DNA of 64,000 nt, from NCBI GenBank assembly GCA_964016885.1, contig OZ024740.1:325686001-325750000 (forward strand). Direction: 5' to 3'. Each line of letters starts with the position of its first letter. Position 1 is the first letter of the stretch. This document shows positions 37,439 to 51,300 of this stretch, piece by piece. The notes beneath the pieces are model-generated. The model made no database searches. It was not told the origin of the DNA and saw only the letters and a program-made list of their open reading frames with translations. The position numbers and the translations under genes were made by a program. The stretch is from Eledone cirrhosa. Lineage: Eukaryota.

Positions 37439-38988
37439 TCATAACTCTATAGAACTTTTAGAATGTTTGTGCAGGTAAGAAAAATGATGATTCAGTGACG
37501 GTTTCTTCTGATAGGAACCTCTTCCACGTCGGAAGATCGAAGTGTTTTCTTGTCTTCTTCAACACTTAATAAACGGCTTCGGAGATTTAAAACTTATGTT
37601 TCAATTGGTGCTTCCATTTCCACACGGTTCTATTGTCTTATTTACAAAAATATATTTCTATATATTTCTTTATTTATTTCTAGTATAATATAGCGAGTTG
37701 TCACCAGTGATGTTTGAAGTTCCTTTTGTAGCAGCATATTATTTCTGTAGAAAATTTTAAGTGTGCATTTCAGATTTTAAAAAAAATTTTAGAATTGCCC
37801 AAATCTTTGAGACAAGTGCTATGACCTTATGTTTGATATTCTCTGAGTTTGAGAAGCATTTGTAATAGGTAGTCTTTTAACTATCATTTACTACGTAAAC
37901 ACATAGTATTTCACACAAAATGTAATCTTACTGCACAGAATTAGATTTAGAACTATACAAGTGGTGGTCAACTGTACATTAAAATAATTACTGATGCATT
38001 TTGCTTGAGGTGTATGCAACATGTGTTTCAACACTATTGACTGTCACTATAATGCTATTTGTTTCATATAAAAATCTAAAACTAAAAATGACAGGACAAG
38101 ATGCAAGTAGTCAGATTCTAAGTATCTCAGATCATGGGAATGCTGGACATAAGAGAGGCCTGACTTGTATTGTTTTTAGTCTGATTGAATATATTATACT
38201 TCTTTTGTGTTCACTGTTTAAAGTGTTGATGATGTCACCAAAAGACTAACCCATTATACTCTAAGTTTTAGTGGTGGTGTCATGAAAATGTGCTCGTAGT
38301 ACACCATGTGAGGTGATTGGTGTTGGGATGGTATCCGGTTATAGAGACAAAGCCAGATAAGGAGTGTGTGACCAAGGTGAAGTTGCTTTAACCTGTCTAG
38401 TCTAGTCTCACACAATGACAGCCTGTCCAACCCACCTCAGAGAGGAAGGGAGATGTAAAATATATTTATACACAAACTGTTTTCCCTGCTACACACATCT
38501 GTGTTTCTTGTCAACTCATGCCAGTATGGAAAGCCAGACATGCCCCACAATATACTACCAGACAAATCACTCTCTTCAAAGTTACTTCCATGAATCAATG
38601 TTTCCTCTCCACCACGGTGGCATGACCACTCCTCCACTTCCACCAATGCCTCCTCAGTGCTGATGTCATGATAAAAATGAACCCAATTCACTCTGTAAAG
38701 TGGTAGTGCTGGGTCTACAATAAAAAAACACCTGGTCAAGCCTGTAAGGTGATAGTGGTAGTACCACAACAAAAAAAGCATCCCAGAGTCCTGATAACAT
38801 ACTCCCAGTACATGCTGTAAAGTGGTTGGCATTAGAAAAGGTATCCTGCCTCAGAAACCAAGCCAAGAATGGAATGTTTAAGCAAGACATGGTTACCTGA
38901 CCAGTCTAGTCTCAGTAAGTGACATCTCATCTAACCCATGCAAGTATGGAAAATAGACATTAAACAGTGATGATGATTATTACACATA

Positions 38989-39712
38989 TAAGGTTTTCAC
39001 AAAGGTAAGCGTACTAATTTTCCTATGTACGACATGGTAATGCTGAACCTCAATTGATGTATATAGGTGTGTTGGTTATGATCTTGACTCCACATACATA
39101 CTTGTTTCAATATTATCAATTGAGTCAGTTGTGATGAGTTATTGCTGTTTATGTACAGATGTATTTATAACCTCTGTTATGTTTGCAATGCAGGAAAATA
39201 TCAAGCAAAGGTACACAATTGAATTTTGTGTGAAACTCAACAAAGCTGCCACCAAAACATTTAATCCTTTAACCTGTTGACTGCCATCTATATTTTACAC
39301 AGCTACAATTGTTGTGCCAGGTTTTTTTTTCAGTAAAATGACTATTTTATTTTAACAAACATTTATTAACAATACATATCTGAATGATTGACAAATGTCA
39401 CATCAATAAACTAGTAACCCCATCTAGCTTTGAAGTTATGAACTGTTGGAAAAGAATTTAAACAAACATGTTAGGATGAGTTATCTTGTCAACAGCACTG
39501 AAGAGGTTAACACAAGCTTATGGAGATGCCACCCTATCGAGAAGTAACCTTTTTATGTGGACAAAGCTTTCAAAGAGGGCCAAGAAAATGTTGAAAACAA
39601 ACCTAATTCTGGATGATCAATCTCATCAACAAATGAACAAAATTTCTTGGATAAAGTAATAAGTAATGAATCATGGGTATTTGAGTATGATCCAGAGACA
39701 AAACAGCAAATT
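38989..39712 (+). mobile_element. mariner transposon 5' fragment (TIR, HTH, start of catalytic domain) with nested MITE
   Basis: MQENIKQRYTIEFCVKLNKAATKTF-[insert]-LTQAYGDATLSR..FKEG.ENVE..P; xESWVFEYDPETKQQ. Confidence 0.8.
39269..39510. mobile_element. TTAA-TSD piggyBac-like MITE inserted in mariner
   Basis: TTAACCT...AGGTTAA; removing it restores the mariner frame (F N P L T Q A Y G). Confidence 0.8.
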
Positions 39713-39870
39713 TACAGTACATTATGTAGAGTAAAGGAATTTTTGTATGTGAGATTCCCATTGCAATAGACTATGGGAGCATTTGATTTAATAGAGACCT
39801 AACTTGTATTGCTTGTTTTCAGTCTGGTAGAATTTATTATTATTTTTTTTTTGTGTCCACAGCTACCAAA

Positions 39871-39974
39871 ATGTTGCGTTACCTCATATGTGCAGCATTG
39901 TTAAGCCTCACAGCATCTGTTGACTTGGACACAATTTTATCAAATGATAATGGATATAAACTGGATACAAAAGT
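39871..39974 (+). CDS. TEP/alpha-2-macroglobulin family gene (Mcr/CD109-like), first coding exon with signal peptide MLRYLICAALLSLTASVD...
   Basis: Acceptor ttgtgtccacag ending at 39862, aaaATG, hydrophobic leader; GT|gtaagt donor, phase 2, matches the next exon. Confidence 0.82.
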
Positions 39975-41151
39975 GTAAGTTTTTTTTTATATATAAAAGT
40001 TTTACATTTCAATTTATAATCATATGGGTGGGGTCCATATCATTCCACTGCAAAGTGGTCGTGGAGGTGTCATGGCAAAAAAGCACCCAGCCCACACTGT
40101 AAAGTGGACGTGGAGGTGCCACGGTAAAAAAAGCACCCAGCACTCACTGTAAATGAGGTTGGTGATAGGAAGGGCATCCAGCTGTAGAAATCAAGCCAGA
40201 ATCAGTTCCCGTCCCACCCTTGCAAGCAGGGAAAAAGCGGATGTAAAATGAAATGATGATTTCTAATGATGATTTCTAATACTGCCTATGATTTTCAAAT
40301 GTGAAAATAATCAGGAATTTGGAGGGAGTTAGTAACATAACTAACTCATTACTAAACTGCTGTTTAGTGCATTAGTTAACAAATGTTCTTACATAAACTG
40401 ATGATGGAAGGTTTTTAGATAAATAAAATCACTTTAAAATTAACAAGTTTGTGTCATAGAACCAGAGGCAATTTAGAATCATAATGTATCATTACTCGAA
40501 GATGTGAACGGTTTTTTTTTTAAATTTTACTTTTGATTGTTACTTATAAATACAGGAATACAAAACACAGGCTAAAATAGCTATGGTGAGATTTATGGGT
40601 AGTTAAACTCAAATCAATCTGTTCATTTTTGCTCTGTTCACATTCGCTCTGTTCCCTCTTAGACTCAGGACAAGAAGCTTCAGCTGTGATAGTCACCATG
40701 ATAAGCAGTGCTGTTATCACCCAGTCATGGCATAGAACTGGACATGGCAATATCTTATCTCAGCTAACATCTTTACATTCAATCTCTGTTCTACTCCTTT
40801 GCTTAATGTGAACACATTTCTCAAGTCATGTCTCTATTTGCATACATACTCTTATGTATGAACATCATATATAACACATCGACCAACACAATACCTCAAC
40901 AACCAAATATCTCTGCTAAAAATATATGGGTTGGATTATTTAGGGAAAGCAAGTACAGGGCAAGTTAGAAATACAAGAATAAAAACTAGAACAAAAGTAA
41001 GAAAAACAAAATAAAACATCAGTTTACACTTCTCTATATTTTATATTTCGGAGTTACAATAACTTTTTCAAAAGAAAAGAAATAGTGTGATGGTGATGAC
41101 AAGTGGAGTGCTTCTGTATAGATACTGGGTTGGAAGGGTGGTGACATGTTT

Positions 41152-41340
41152 AGACTAGTGTTGTCACAGTTGTCAATCACCACAGACTGGTGTAGTCACA
41201 GTAGCCAATTGGTGCAGACTGGTGTAATCTCAGTAGCCAATTTGCATAGACTGGTGTAATCTCAGTAGCCAATTTGCATAGACTGGTGTAGTCACAATAG
41301 CCAATCAGCACAGACTATTGTATTAACAATAGCCAATCAA
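41152..41340. repeat. ~32-bp minisatellite, ~6 copies
   Basis: Unit agactggtgtaatctcagtagccaatttgcat, head-to-tail with no spacers. Confidence 0.9.
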
Positions 41341-42829
41341 TTTCATGTAACTCACTCCTACGGTTCATGAGAGTCTTAGTCTAGTGATAGGTATAGCCTC
41401 TTTGATATGCAAATTTCTAATTTTTTGTTCAGTGGCCTCTATGGTAACATTCAAATTGATTGTTCCACTATCACCTCTCCTCAGTTGACTCTTCTACTCA
41501 CACCGTACCCCGGTTGATTCTTATATCCCTCACCAAATTAATTCTTAACATTTTGTAATGAGTTAGCAGAAAAAATTTTGAAACAGGTTTTATAATCAAA
41601 ATGTTTATCATATCTTTACTCTTGGACATCATTATGTTCACTAGTAGAAAACCACCGTCCGGGTAGTTTTCTGCTAGCATGTGTTGTGTGCATATTGATA
41701 TTATACTCAAATATATGTGCATAGAGATATGTCGAATGAAAAGTAAATTGACAATATACACAGAAATTGAAGAGAGACTGTGTTACACTCTCTTCAGTAA
41801 AGTAATCCATGATACATTTTAGAAAGATGATATTATATATAAACTACATTATGGCAAAACGTTATGAAAACGGAAAATGAGAAAATGAGATTAGCAACGA
41901 AAATATGAACATCATGATAGAATGATGGAAATATGTAAACGTTTATATAAGCGGTATGATATAGTGTATGGCGAAGTGTTATGATATAACGGACGCTAAC
42001 AGAAGTTGACATTTGAAAATTTTAAAAGAAGTGAATCTTGAAATAAGCAATACATTTTATATATAAGAATATTTATGCTTAATCAAGAGCTACAAACTTT
42101 AGTAGATAAATTATATAATAATATAATATTCATTCATGATTTATTCAAAGTAATCCAACTTATTTAAATAATGTGATAAAAAAATATAAAGAGGACACAG
42201 CTTCACAGTTTTCCAATCATTATATATAAGATTTGCAGTATTAGAATAAAGATTGATTTTTAATATAATGCAGCCATAATGCTTTTCAAGAATGTCTTGT
42301 TAATGTGACTTAATGGCATAAAGGATATCAAGAGTGTGAGGTGGGGGCTTTGTTGGAAGTATAAGGGTCGTGACCTCATTGGGATGGAGAGCCTTTCTGG
42401 AAGCAGATGGGCAAATGACATCACATAAGCAGAAGCAGCAGAGTGTGCCCCTTGGCTTTCAGTTGGTTGGAGAGACAGGACATGTTCTTGTCATGTGTGC
42501 TGGGGCTATATGTTTATAGGTTCTGGCCAGAGATTTTGGTGGGTAAGGCACTCACTGATATACCCCTTCTGGACAGAGATTTTTGTGGGTAGGGTATTTG
42601 CAGATATTCCCCATTCTGGACAAGATCAACCAGGCAGATATCTTGTGAGGTAGGTGAGCTACACTTACCCACCTTTACATCAAATTAATTGACTCCTTCA
42701 CACCTACCCCTCTCCATTAAGTACCTCTTCCACACTTACTTCACTTAACTCATCCCCCCTCACCCTCAATTAATGATATGCAGCCCTGATATCTTGGTCA
42801 GAAATCATATTCTTTTCTTTATATTCCAG

Positions 42830-43013
42830 GACTTATTTAATTGTGGTTCCCCGCAAGATTCGTCCCAATCAAGTTGTCCAGATATTTACAACAATAACCA
42901 GACTAGAGTATGGACCAATGTTATTGAAGCTCTCTATTGTTAGAGGTAAATTTGAATATGGCAGAACATCACTTGAGTTCAACATGCCAGCTAGTCGTAT
43001 CATGCAATTACAG
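42830..43013 (+). CDS. Mcr/CD109-like TEP coding exon 2 (TYLIVVPRKIRPNQVVQIF...IMQLQ; MG1)
   Basis: ttccag acceptor, CAG|gtgagt donor, phase 2->0; TY.IV.P..IRP MG1 motif. Confidence 0.9.
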
Positions 43014-44250
43014 GTGAGTCCCAATTGCTTGGGTTATTGGAGGGTGTATGTACAGGAAAGTATGTAAGTGGAATGCAGTCCCTGGCACCCCCATCTGATA
43101 GATCAGTAGCTCTAATTAAGTACTGACTTGATTTGTCACAACCCATCACAGCAGGAAAAGTGGACATTAAATGATGATGATGAACGATTTTAGGGCAGGG
43201 AAGGTTCATCAGTCAAAGACATGATAACCTATTTAGTTCTGGTATCAAGATAAAAAGCACCAAATATACTCTGTACAGTGGTTGGTAATAGGAAGAGCAT
43301 CAAGCCATAGAAAACTGCGAAACAAAGGGTTGAGAGGATTATTTAATTGTGTCAAGAGCTTGAAAACCTTTCTAATGCTGGTGCCACAATAAAATGTACC
43401 CAATACACTCTATAATGTGATTGGGGATAGAAAGAGCACCTAGCTAAAAAGGGTGCCATGATCAAATGTTCTAAGTGTATTCTGTAAAGGATTTGGCATT
43501 AGGAAGTGCATCAAACCATAGATACCATTCCCTAAACAGCTGAGAAGACTTATGTTTTGTTAAAGACATGGCAAACTCTCTAGTACTTGTGTCATGGTAA
43601 AATTCACTTAGTATAATCTGTAAAATAGTTGTACTGGTGCTATGATAAAATATACCTAGTACACTCTGTAAAGTAGTATTGCTGGTGTCATGATAAAATG
43701 TATCTAGTACATGCTGTAAAGTGGTTGGCATTAGGAAGGGCATCCAGATGTAGAAACCATTCTAAACTGATATATGACATGTCCAACCATGCCAGCATGG
43801 AAAACAGACTAAATGATGATGGTGATGAGGATATAACAGAATAGGTGAGATGAATGAAGGTTGCTAACCAGATGTAGCCAATAGCAACCTGCCCAAAACA
43901 GCCATTGGTTCTTTTAAACAAAACCACATAAATTTATATAAATATCTTGTAAGTTACAAATACCATTTTATCATCATCACCATCATTTAATACATGTTCT
44001 CCCTGCTAGAAAGGGTTAGATAGGTCATCACACCTAATCTCTATTTTATTTCACTCTTTCTGTTAGAAGTTATGACTGATAGATAGTGTCAACAATAGAA
44101 ACATTGTTTCCTTGGTTCAATCTGATGAATAGATTCTTTTCTTTTTCTAAATCATAAAACTAAGGGTGTTATCGGAAGGATTAATTTAGTCAAATACAGT
44201 GTATATCATTAGAAATGCTGTAATGTTAATATATTTAATTTATTTTTCAG

Positions 44251-44419
44251 ATATCTCAAAATCTCCCTCCTGGTCAGTATAAAGTGAAGATTATAGCCAA
44301 CCCTATCAATAACCCTAACAGTTATGTCTTTACAAGAGAGGCAGATATTATGTTTGATGAAAAATTTGCTTCAGTTTTTATCCAGACAAATAAACCTGTC
44401 TATTGTCAAGGTCAAAATG
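44251..44419 (+). CDS. Mcr/CD109-like TEP coding exon 3 (...SVFIQTNKPVYCQGQN)
   Basis: Canonical splice sites; FIQT(D/N)KPxYxxGQ is the A2M-family MG2 signature. Confidence 0.93.
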
Positions 44420-44479
44420 GTAAGTCTACTTTTCTCAATGGAATATTTTCTATAGAATATTTGTTTCCACATAGGTCCT

Positions 44480-45960
44480 CCCTTCCTGTGTTCACGTTCT
44501 CATATATTCCCACATGGATGTCTACTTCTAGTTCACTTGCTCAAAATCATATTTTTATTTCCGCAACATGTTTCCATGGTACATCTCCATATTAATCCTT
44601 CTTTCTTTTTTCCACTCTCTCACAATGGAATATTGTGTATTTCTGAAGTCTATTTCCACATGGATGTTTACTACTTTGTCCAATTTCTCACAATCATTCT
44701 ATATTTTCTGCTGTATGTTCCCACATCAATACCTTCATTATTCATTTTCTGTTTTTCCACAATATATTTCCACAGGAATGCCTACTTCCTCGTTTCACTC
44801 TGTCAAAATCCTTTATTATTTCCATAACATATTTCCACAGTACATTTCCACACCAATCCTTCTTTTTTCATTTCTCACAATGAAATATTCCTTATTTTCC
44901 ATAGTATATTTACACATGAATGTCCACTGTTGTTCACTTTCATACAATCAAATACTGTATATTTTCACATTAGTCTTTCCTTTTTTGTCAAATTTCTCAC
45001 AATGAAATATTGTGTATTTCTGTAGTATATTCCACACCAATGCCTTCCTTGTTCACAAATATTTTGTAGTTCTAAAGTGTATTTTTACACCACTCCATGC
45101 TTATTTGTTCATTTTCTCACAATGAAATATTCTATATTTTTCACGCATCAATCTTTCCTTTGTTCTATTTCTCCAGTATATTTCCACATGGTTGTTTACT
45201 TCCTTTGTACATTTTCACATAATGAAATATTCTTTATTCCTTCAGTATATTTCCACAAGTCATTTCTTTCTTGTCCACTTTCTCACAATGTAATGTGTAT
45301 TTACGCAGTATTTCTTTAGCCATAGATGTTTGTTGTTACTAGCAAGAGAAATGTAGGTTTTGTTATATGGCAATGTTAGCTGAAAGTGAATGTAACGTAG
45401 AAGTTGTTGAAGTTGTTATTCGGTTGTAAGGTTGTCGCCACGAAAGAAGAGAATTTGCTGTTGTTGTGATAGAACCTTGAGAAAAGGATTTTCCCATATC
45501 ACGTCCAAGGTGGTGGCAGTAAAAGTACTATAAAACTTTATTACTTTTTACATGATTTATTTACAACCAGAACAGATTTATAAAATGTTGTGGTGGCATG
45601 CCAATGAAAATGAACAAACAAAATTAAGTGTTATATGCAAAGAAAGCGGTCTCTAGCCGACATATCGCCGACCAGGCCGAAGTTTAATTTACCGTTACAT
45701 TTTTGCTAGGTGTGGACACAGCAAGGAAAAATGGATGTTAGCTTCCTGAAGTCAAAACAGCAACTTGTAAAGTGAAACAAAAGAAGCGTGAAAATCTTCT
45801 AGCAGGGTGGAAGTTGTATATTCATGCACGACTTACGATTGGTCAACTGGTGACCAAATCACACATGAATAGATTATTGTTACACACCATGAAACAACTC
45901 CGCTACATTTTCTCATCAATCTCTTCTATATTTATTTTCTCACAATGAAATATTCTTTAT
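44480..45960. repeat. Degenerate ~55-bp tandem repeat filling the intron (tttctcacaatgaaatatt...tatttccaca), interrupted by a solo-LTR-like insert
   Basis: Recurring motif from 44480 to 45310 and again at 45935-45960. Confidence 0.7.
45315..45907. mobile_element. Probable solo LTR
   Basis: Ends T(T)TAGC...GCTACA; candidate TSD atttc/ttttc (1 mismatch); interrupts the tandem repeat. Confidence 0.5.
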
Positions 45961-45969
45961 TTTCCTCAG

Positions 45970-46040
45970 TTTTTTTCCGTGTGGTACAAGTCTATCCTGA
46001 TCTTATGCCAGTCTATGGAAGTTTAACGATTTATGTGAAG
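45970..46040 (+). CDS. Mcr/CD109-like TEP coding exon 4 (VFFRVVQVYPDLMPVYGSLTIYVK)
   Basis: cctcag/gtaagt, phase 1->0; V.FR.V motif. Confidence 0.92.
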
Positions 46041-46917
46041 GTAAGTCACTGATTGGGTAGATTTATGTTCGAATAGTATTCCAGGCATAGCCATCCTGTC
46101 TTTTGTAATTAAAAAAAAACATGATGGTCATGGCTACAGTAGCATTTCTACCTCTAAAACAAGGGTTAGTTACGCAAGCCTCATGATATGGCATCTTTTG
46201 TGGGGCAATGTTTTATAGACTGATACACTTCCTGGCACTAGCCTTTTTAGTCACATCTTATAACATGCAGGGATATGGTGTGCCTATTTAAGACCAAATA
46301 TAGTCATACTGAACACCATACTACTGGAAAATCAAAAATAATCAATAATTCAGTGGTATTTAAAAACCTCATGCCTTAAAGTGAATTTTGTTGACACGAG
46401 AGGGCTTGTCAGTTAAGTCAATGATCGACAGCCTTCCTAGTGTTAGTGGCACAATAACATGAACTCAGTACATTCTGTTATGTGGTTGGTTATAGGTAGG
46501 ACATCCAGCATAGACCATACCAAATATGAATTGAGAGGAATCTTCAGTGAAGTCAGTGACTGACAACCTCTCTAGTGCTAGTTCCACAATAAAATACACC
46601 CGGTACACTCTGTAAAAGATTTGGTGATAGGAAGGGCATCCAGGCATAGAAACCATATCAAACAGGAATCTATATGAGATGTGGCATGGATCTGTCAGGG
46701 ATAAGTACTTACTTGGTCTATGACAACCAACCCATGCAAGCATGGAAGAACAAATATTAAATCTTGATGATGATGACATACCACCACTAGTGTCATCAGA
46801 TGATTACAGTTAAGGGAAATTAAATGGATAGTTTTTGTGTGAGGTTCTAAGTATCTCATTTTATATGTGAAATATATGTTCTATTATTAACTTATTTGGT
46901 TTCCATTATCTCTGCAG

Positions 46918-46972
46918 GATCCAACAGGGTTTGTTGTACGGCGATGGCTTGGTCAGCAAACTAATGCAGGAG
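46918..46972 (+). CDS. Mcr/CD109-like TEP coding exon 5 (DPTGFVVRRWLGQQTNAG)
   Basis: ctgcag/gtaagt, phase 0->1; DP.G....RW motif. Confidence 0.92.
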
Positions 46973-47348
46973 GTAAGTATTTATGAAGTACAATAGTCAC
47001 TCTGTATTGCTAATCACCTCTTCTCTACGAGGTTCTCAGATGTCATCTATCACTCTCACCTACCTTAGTGATATTTATGCCGTTGGTATCCAAACAATTT
47101 TGAAAATAATAAAGAATTTGGCGGGATATAGTAAAACATCTGACTTTCGAATTATTAAGTTGCTGTTTGCAACATAACTTGACAAAGGTTCTTACATAAA
47201 ATTATAATAAATTTTTAAACAGCTTTGAATTGTACAACCAAAAGCCTGTTTGATATCAAAACTTTTTGGTTCTACAATACAAAGCTGCCTATGTTAAAGT
47301 GTTCATGTTTATATTAAAACTTTCTACCATTATTTTATGTAAGTTAAG

Positions 47349-47541
47349 GGTGGTGGATTGGCAGTATTGGTAGAGGGTCAAACACCATGCTTTGCAGCAT
47401 AGAGTTACGGCCTTTTACAATCTGAGTTCAAATCCCACCAAGGTTAACTTTGCCTTTCATCCTTATGGGGTTGATAAAATAAAGCATTAGTAATGCACAT
47501 GGATAATTGCTGGCCTTTTATGCCAAAAGTAGAAACAATGA
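47349..47541 (+). mobile_element. Deu/Nin-type tRNA SINE nested in a MITE
   Basis: Same family as 24697; flanking attttatgtaagtta repeated on both sides. Confidence 0.8.
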
Positions 47542-47586
47542 TTTTATGTAAGTTAGGTATATTACTAAATCCCTTCAAATTATCAA

Positions 47587-47895
47587 TCATCATCATCATT
47601 TTACGTCCGCTTTTCCCTGCTTGCAAGGGTGGGACGGGTCTTATTCAGCACAGCATCTCTCCACTTGTCACGGTCCTTCGTCATCTCCACCGTGAGCTTC
47701 AGCAATCTGAGGTCTGTTCTCACCACCTCCGCCCATGTTTTCGTGGTCTACTTCTACCACGTCTTTCTTCAACTGGCATTTCCTGGCACTTCTTCACCCA
47801 TCGGTCATCCTCCATGCACATCACATGTCCAAACCACCGCAGTCTCCTCTCTCGCACACTACATTCTATCTCTCTGACACAGTTTCTCTCTCAAC
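47587..47895 (-). mobile_element. RTE 3' fragment with short 3' UTR
   Basis: RRLRWFGHVMCMEDDRWVKKC on minus, followed directly by cccacccttgcaagcagggaaaagcggacgtaaaa(tga)n. Confidence 0.75.
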
Positions 47896-47952
47896 ACATC
47901 AATGATTTTCAAAATTATTTGTAAATAATAGTTAGTGTCTTTCATGAGAAAT

Positions 47953-49950
47953 CATCATCAACATCATTATCATCGTTTTTATGTTCATTTTTCTATGCTT
48001 GCATGGGTTGGATTGGTCTTTCTCAGCACAGCATCTTTCCATTCACTGTGTTTCTTTGTCATTTGCTCAGTGAGTCTCAGTAATTTTATGTCAGCTTTTA
48101 CCACCTCTGCTCAGATCTTTCTTGGTCTACCTCTACTACCTTCCACTGTCATTTCCTGACATTTCTTCACTCGTCGATCATCATCTAGGCATATCATATG
48201 TCTGTACCAACACAGTCTTGTCTCCTGCACACCACCTCGTATTCCTCTTAAACCCTGTTTCTCCCTCAGTTCATCCAAGCTATGCCTTTCTATCACATTT
48301 ACATTGCACATCCAACAAAGCATGGTTATTTCATTTCTCTCCAGTCTACTCATGTCTTATGCAGTCACACCCATGCTTCACTACCATACAGCATCGCCTC
48401 TGCACACAGGTGTCATACAGCCTTTCTTTTGTAAGTAGGGAGAAACCTTTTATTGTCAACAGTAAGAGTAGTTCTCTAAACTTCTATCCTATCCTTATTC
48501 TAGCTCTTATACACTCGGTGTGCCCTCTTCCACTACTAATTAGGTCAGCTAGATAGCAGAAGCTATCAACCACATCTCTAGATCCTTCCTGTGATTGGAA
48601 AAGGTTTATATCACTGGCACTCTTTCTCTCTATTTCTCCTGTGCATCTTCTACATACAAAGATCTCCCTTCCTGTTAGTCTATTCATTATCCCACTACAT
48701 CTTGTGTACACTGTATGGAGTTTATGCCTACTCCTTTTTTACATAATGTGCAGGGCCACTTTCCTGAAGGGATCTGGGTTCTATCTTCTTTCCTACTCAC
48801 TAGCACTTTAGTTTTGGTTAAGTTTACTCTCAGACCCTTTGTTTCTAAATTCCATTTTTATAGACAGAACTTATTTTCTAGTTCTTTTATGGATTCAGCT
48901 ATAAGGACCAAATCATCTGCATAGAGAAGTTCCCATGGACAACCAGTTTTAAACTCCTCTGTTATGGCCTGGAGGACTATAATAAACAGAAGTAGGCTAA
49001 GAACCAAACCTTGATGAACTCCTACCTGTACCTTGAATTCCTCACTAAACTCACTTCCTACTCTCACTTTACTGGCAGCTCCTCGGAACATGGCTTACAC
49101 TGCTCTCACAAGCCATTTTTCTATACCTAATTCCCTTAAGGACCACCAGATAATAGGTTGTGGTACTCTGTCAAAAGCCTTTCCTAGATCAACAAAAGCT
49201 AAATATAGTGGCTTATTCTTGGCTAGGAACTTTTCTTGTAGTTGCCTCACTAAGAAGAGGGCATCTGTGGTACTTTTTCCAGGCCTGAAACCAAACTATA
49301 TATTGTCTAATTTGATGCTTATAGCTGCACTATAACTCTTTAGCGAGGATACTGGGTTGTATGAATGTAACAAAGAGACATGGTTTGTGTGTATAATATT
49401 TAATCAACAATTTAACAGTATAGTTGACATGTCAATGAATAAACGAAAGAATGAAGCAAAGTTAGTAGTTACCGTTTTGATTGCCAGGCAAACGCGAGAC
49501 GCCTGGCGAAGGAAGGGCAAATGAGAGGCAGAGAACTTAAAGTTGTTAGTTTTATAGGGTTCTGACCGGAAGTTACAGAAAGGGTTCTACTTCCCGTCTA
49601 GATGTTGTTAATCTATTGGGGTTGTGAGTCACAACAAGGGAGGCCACTGCTACAACTCTTTCCGTCACTTTCATAACTTGGTTCATTAGTTTTATTCCTC
49701 TGTAGTTGCTCCTTTCTAGAGCATCATCTTTGCCCTTGTAGCAATTTATGATTGTACTACTGCAACAGTCACTGGGTATGAGACCATCCCGTATTATCTG
49801 ATTGACTATGCAGGTTATTAGTTTGACCCCTACTTCTCCCTATGCTTTTAGCATCTCAACAACTATCTCTGATGGTCCCACAGCTTTACTATTCTTCATC
49901 TCTTTGTTTGCTTCTTTGACTCTATTACTGTCAACTTCAATAACTGGTGA
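47953..49950 (-). mobile_element. Older RTE LINE (RT region), interrupted by a solo LTR
   Basis: GVHQGLVLSLLLF, LLYADDLVL, AFVDLGKAFDRVP on minus. Confidence 0.88.
49340..49654. mobile_element. Solo LTR with 5-bp TSD inside the RTE
   Basis: ACTCT | TTAGCG...GCTACA | ACTCT; the RTE sequence is continuous once the insert is removed. Confidence 0.7.
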
Positions 49951-50054
49951 CTAAAGTGTTAAAGTGTTTATATCTAAAATTATCTCATAATAGTTTCATG
50001 TAAGAACTTTTAAGTCAAGCCCACACACCATCTTAATGAGAAAGTTAGAAGCTA

Positions 50055-51124
50055 ATCCAAATATAAGTCGACCCTCCTATTTTATGTTTGAGATATGGGC
50101 AAACTTCGTTTATAAGCCAAGTAGGCTAATCAACACATTGTTTAGATGGCGTGGTTTTGAAATTATCATGAGTATAAAATATATTTATGAAGTTTTAATA
50201 TTTTGATATTTAAAATGTTTTAAGTGTCGTTTAAATTCTCAGTCGGAATCAAAATGACACTTAAAACATTTAAAATAAATAATGAAGAGAATGCAGATGG
50301 AACATGAGATACTACTCACTATTAAAAAGAGAAAAGTAATGTTCTTAGGACATGCTATCAGGAAAGGCATGCTGGAAGACCTTTCCGTTAATGGAAAAAT
50401 TCCTGCGAAGCATGCCAGAGGTCATCAAAAGAGGTCCTTTTTTGACAATTTCAACATCAAAGCCACAGAAGTATGGGATCTCACCAGAGATAGAACAGTG
50501 TGGAATGTCATTGTTTGTCAATCACTGATACAATGATGGCACAAGAAGAGAAGTGTCGTTTAGAATATAGTTTTTGTTTCACGACTCCATTAAGTAATAA
50601 GTTTCTATTATGTTAAGTTTCTTGAATTTTTGTTTACTTCTGGCCACTTACATGCTAGGAGTACTTTGAAAGCAAAAGATGGATTGTATGGGATTCATAG
50701 AGTAGCAGTGTGAGGGGGGACAACAAGTGAGAGTGAGGGGTGGCAGTGTAAAATACAATCAGATATAAGATTGAAAGAAAAAATTGTCAGAGAAAATAAT
50801 GTACGTGTATGCAAATGTGCATGTGTGCATATGTGTATGGATATTTATGTATTTCAAAATTTAAATTATAAAAATTTGTTGGAAATATTTTCAAGAGAAG
50901 GCATAAATAACACCAGCGATGATGTAGTAAAGGTAGAAAAACAGTGTTCTATTGTAAAATAATCACTCCTGATATTTTAGCTCCTTATTTATCTAGAATT
51001 TGAAATTGGGGAAAATCATCAAAGTACATGCCCCCCCCCCCCCCCCCCCCCTCCCATTTTAAAATTGATTTTTTATTTTGTAGGTGTCGCATATTCCTTG
51101 GCTTATGTTCGAGTATATACAGTA
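50055..51124. mobile_element. Tc2/pogo-like non-autonomous DNA transposon remnant containing an RTE 3' fragment (50282-50550)
   Basis: Right end ggcttatgttcgagtatatacagTA, left aatataagtcgaccc; inner ORF IKKRKVMFLGHAIRK..GKIP..RG. Confidence 0.45.
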
Positions 51125-51226
51125 AACATACCAAATTTCTAATTATTTTCACAATTATTTGTCTATAATTATAAATATGGAAATGAAAGGGTTAAATTAC
51201 ATCTGTTTTTATTTGTTTGCGTGCAG

Positions 51227-51300
51227 GTATTGTCAGTGAAAACTTTGAACTAGCAGATCAACCAAAATATGGTAACTGGTCTATCGCTGTCCACGCATCA
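51227..51300 (+). CDS. Mcr/CD109-like TEP coding exon 6 (GIVSENFELADQPKYGNWSIAVHAS)
   Basis: gtgcag/gtaagt, phase 1->0; F.L.D.P..G.W.I MG2 motif. Confidence 0.93.

Noticed and set aside
32423-39712. Mariner 3' and 5' fragments as ends of one composite transposon carrying the CRE element
   Set aside because: The TIR-like ends are in the same orientation and the coding pieces are on opposite strands; more simply two independent remnants.
41152-41340. ~32-bp repeats resembling a CRISPR array
   Set aside because: Head-to-tail with no unique spacers, no cas genes, eukaryotic intron: a minisatellite.
41498-41810. Two minus-strand ORFs (87 and 64 aa) within the TEP intron
   Set aside because: No recognisable motif or consistent splice partners.
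42269-42663. Possible third solo LTR (tgcagc...gctaca)
   Set aside because: No matching TSD and a degenerate left end; insufficient support.
51031-51055. Poly-C run / G-quadruplex (also G-rich 7320-7355)
   Set aside because: Simple low-complexity runs inside repeats; no evidence of function.
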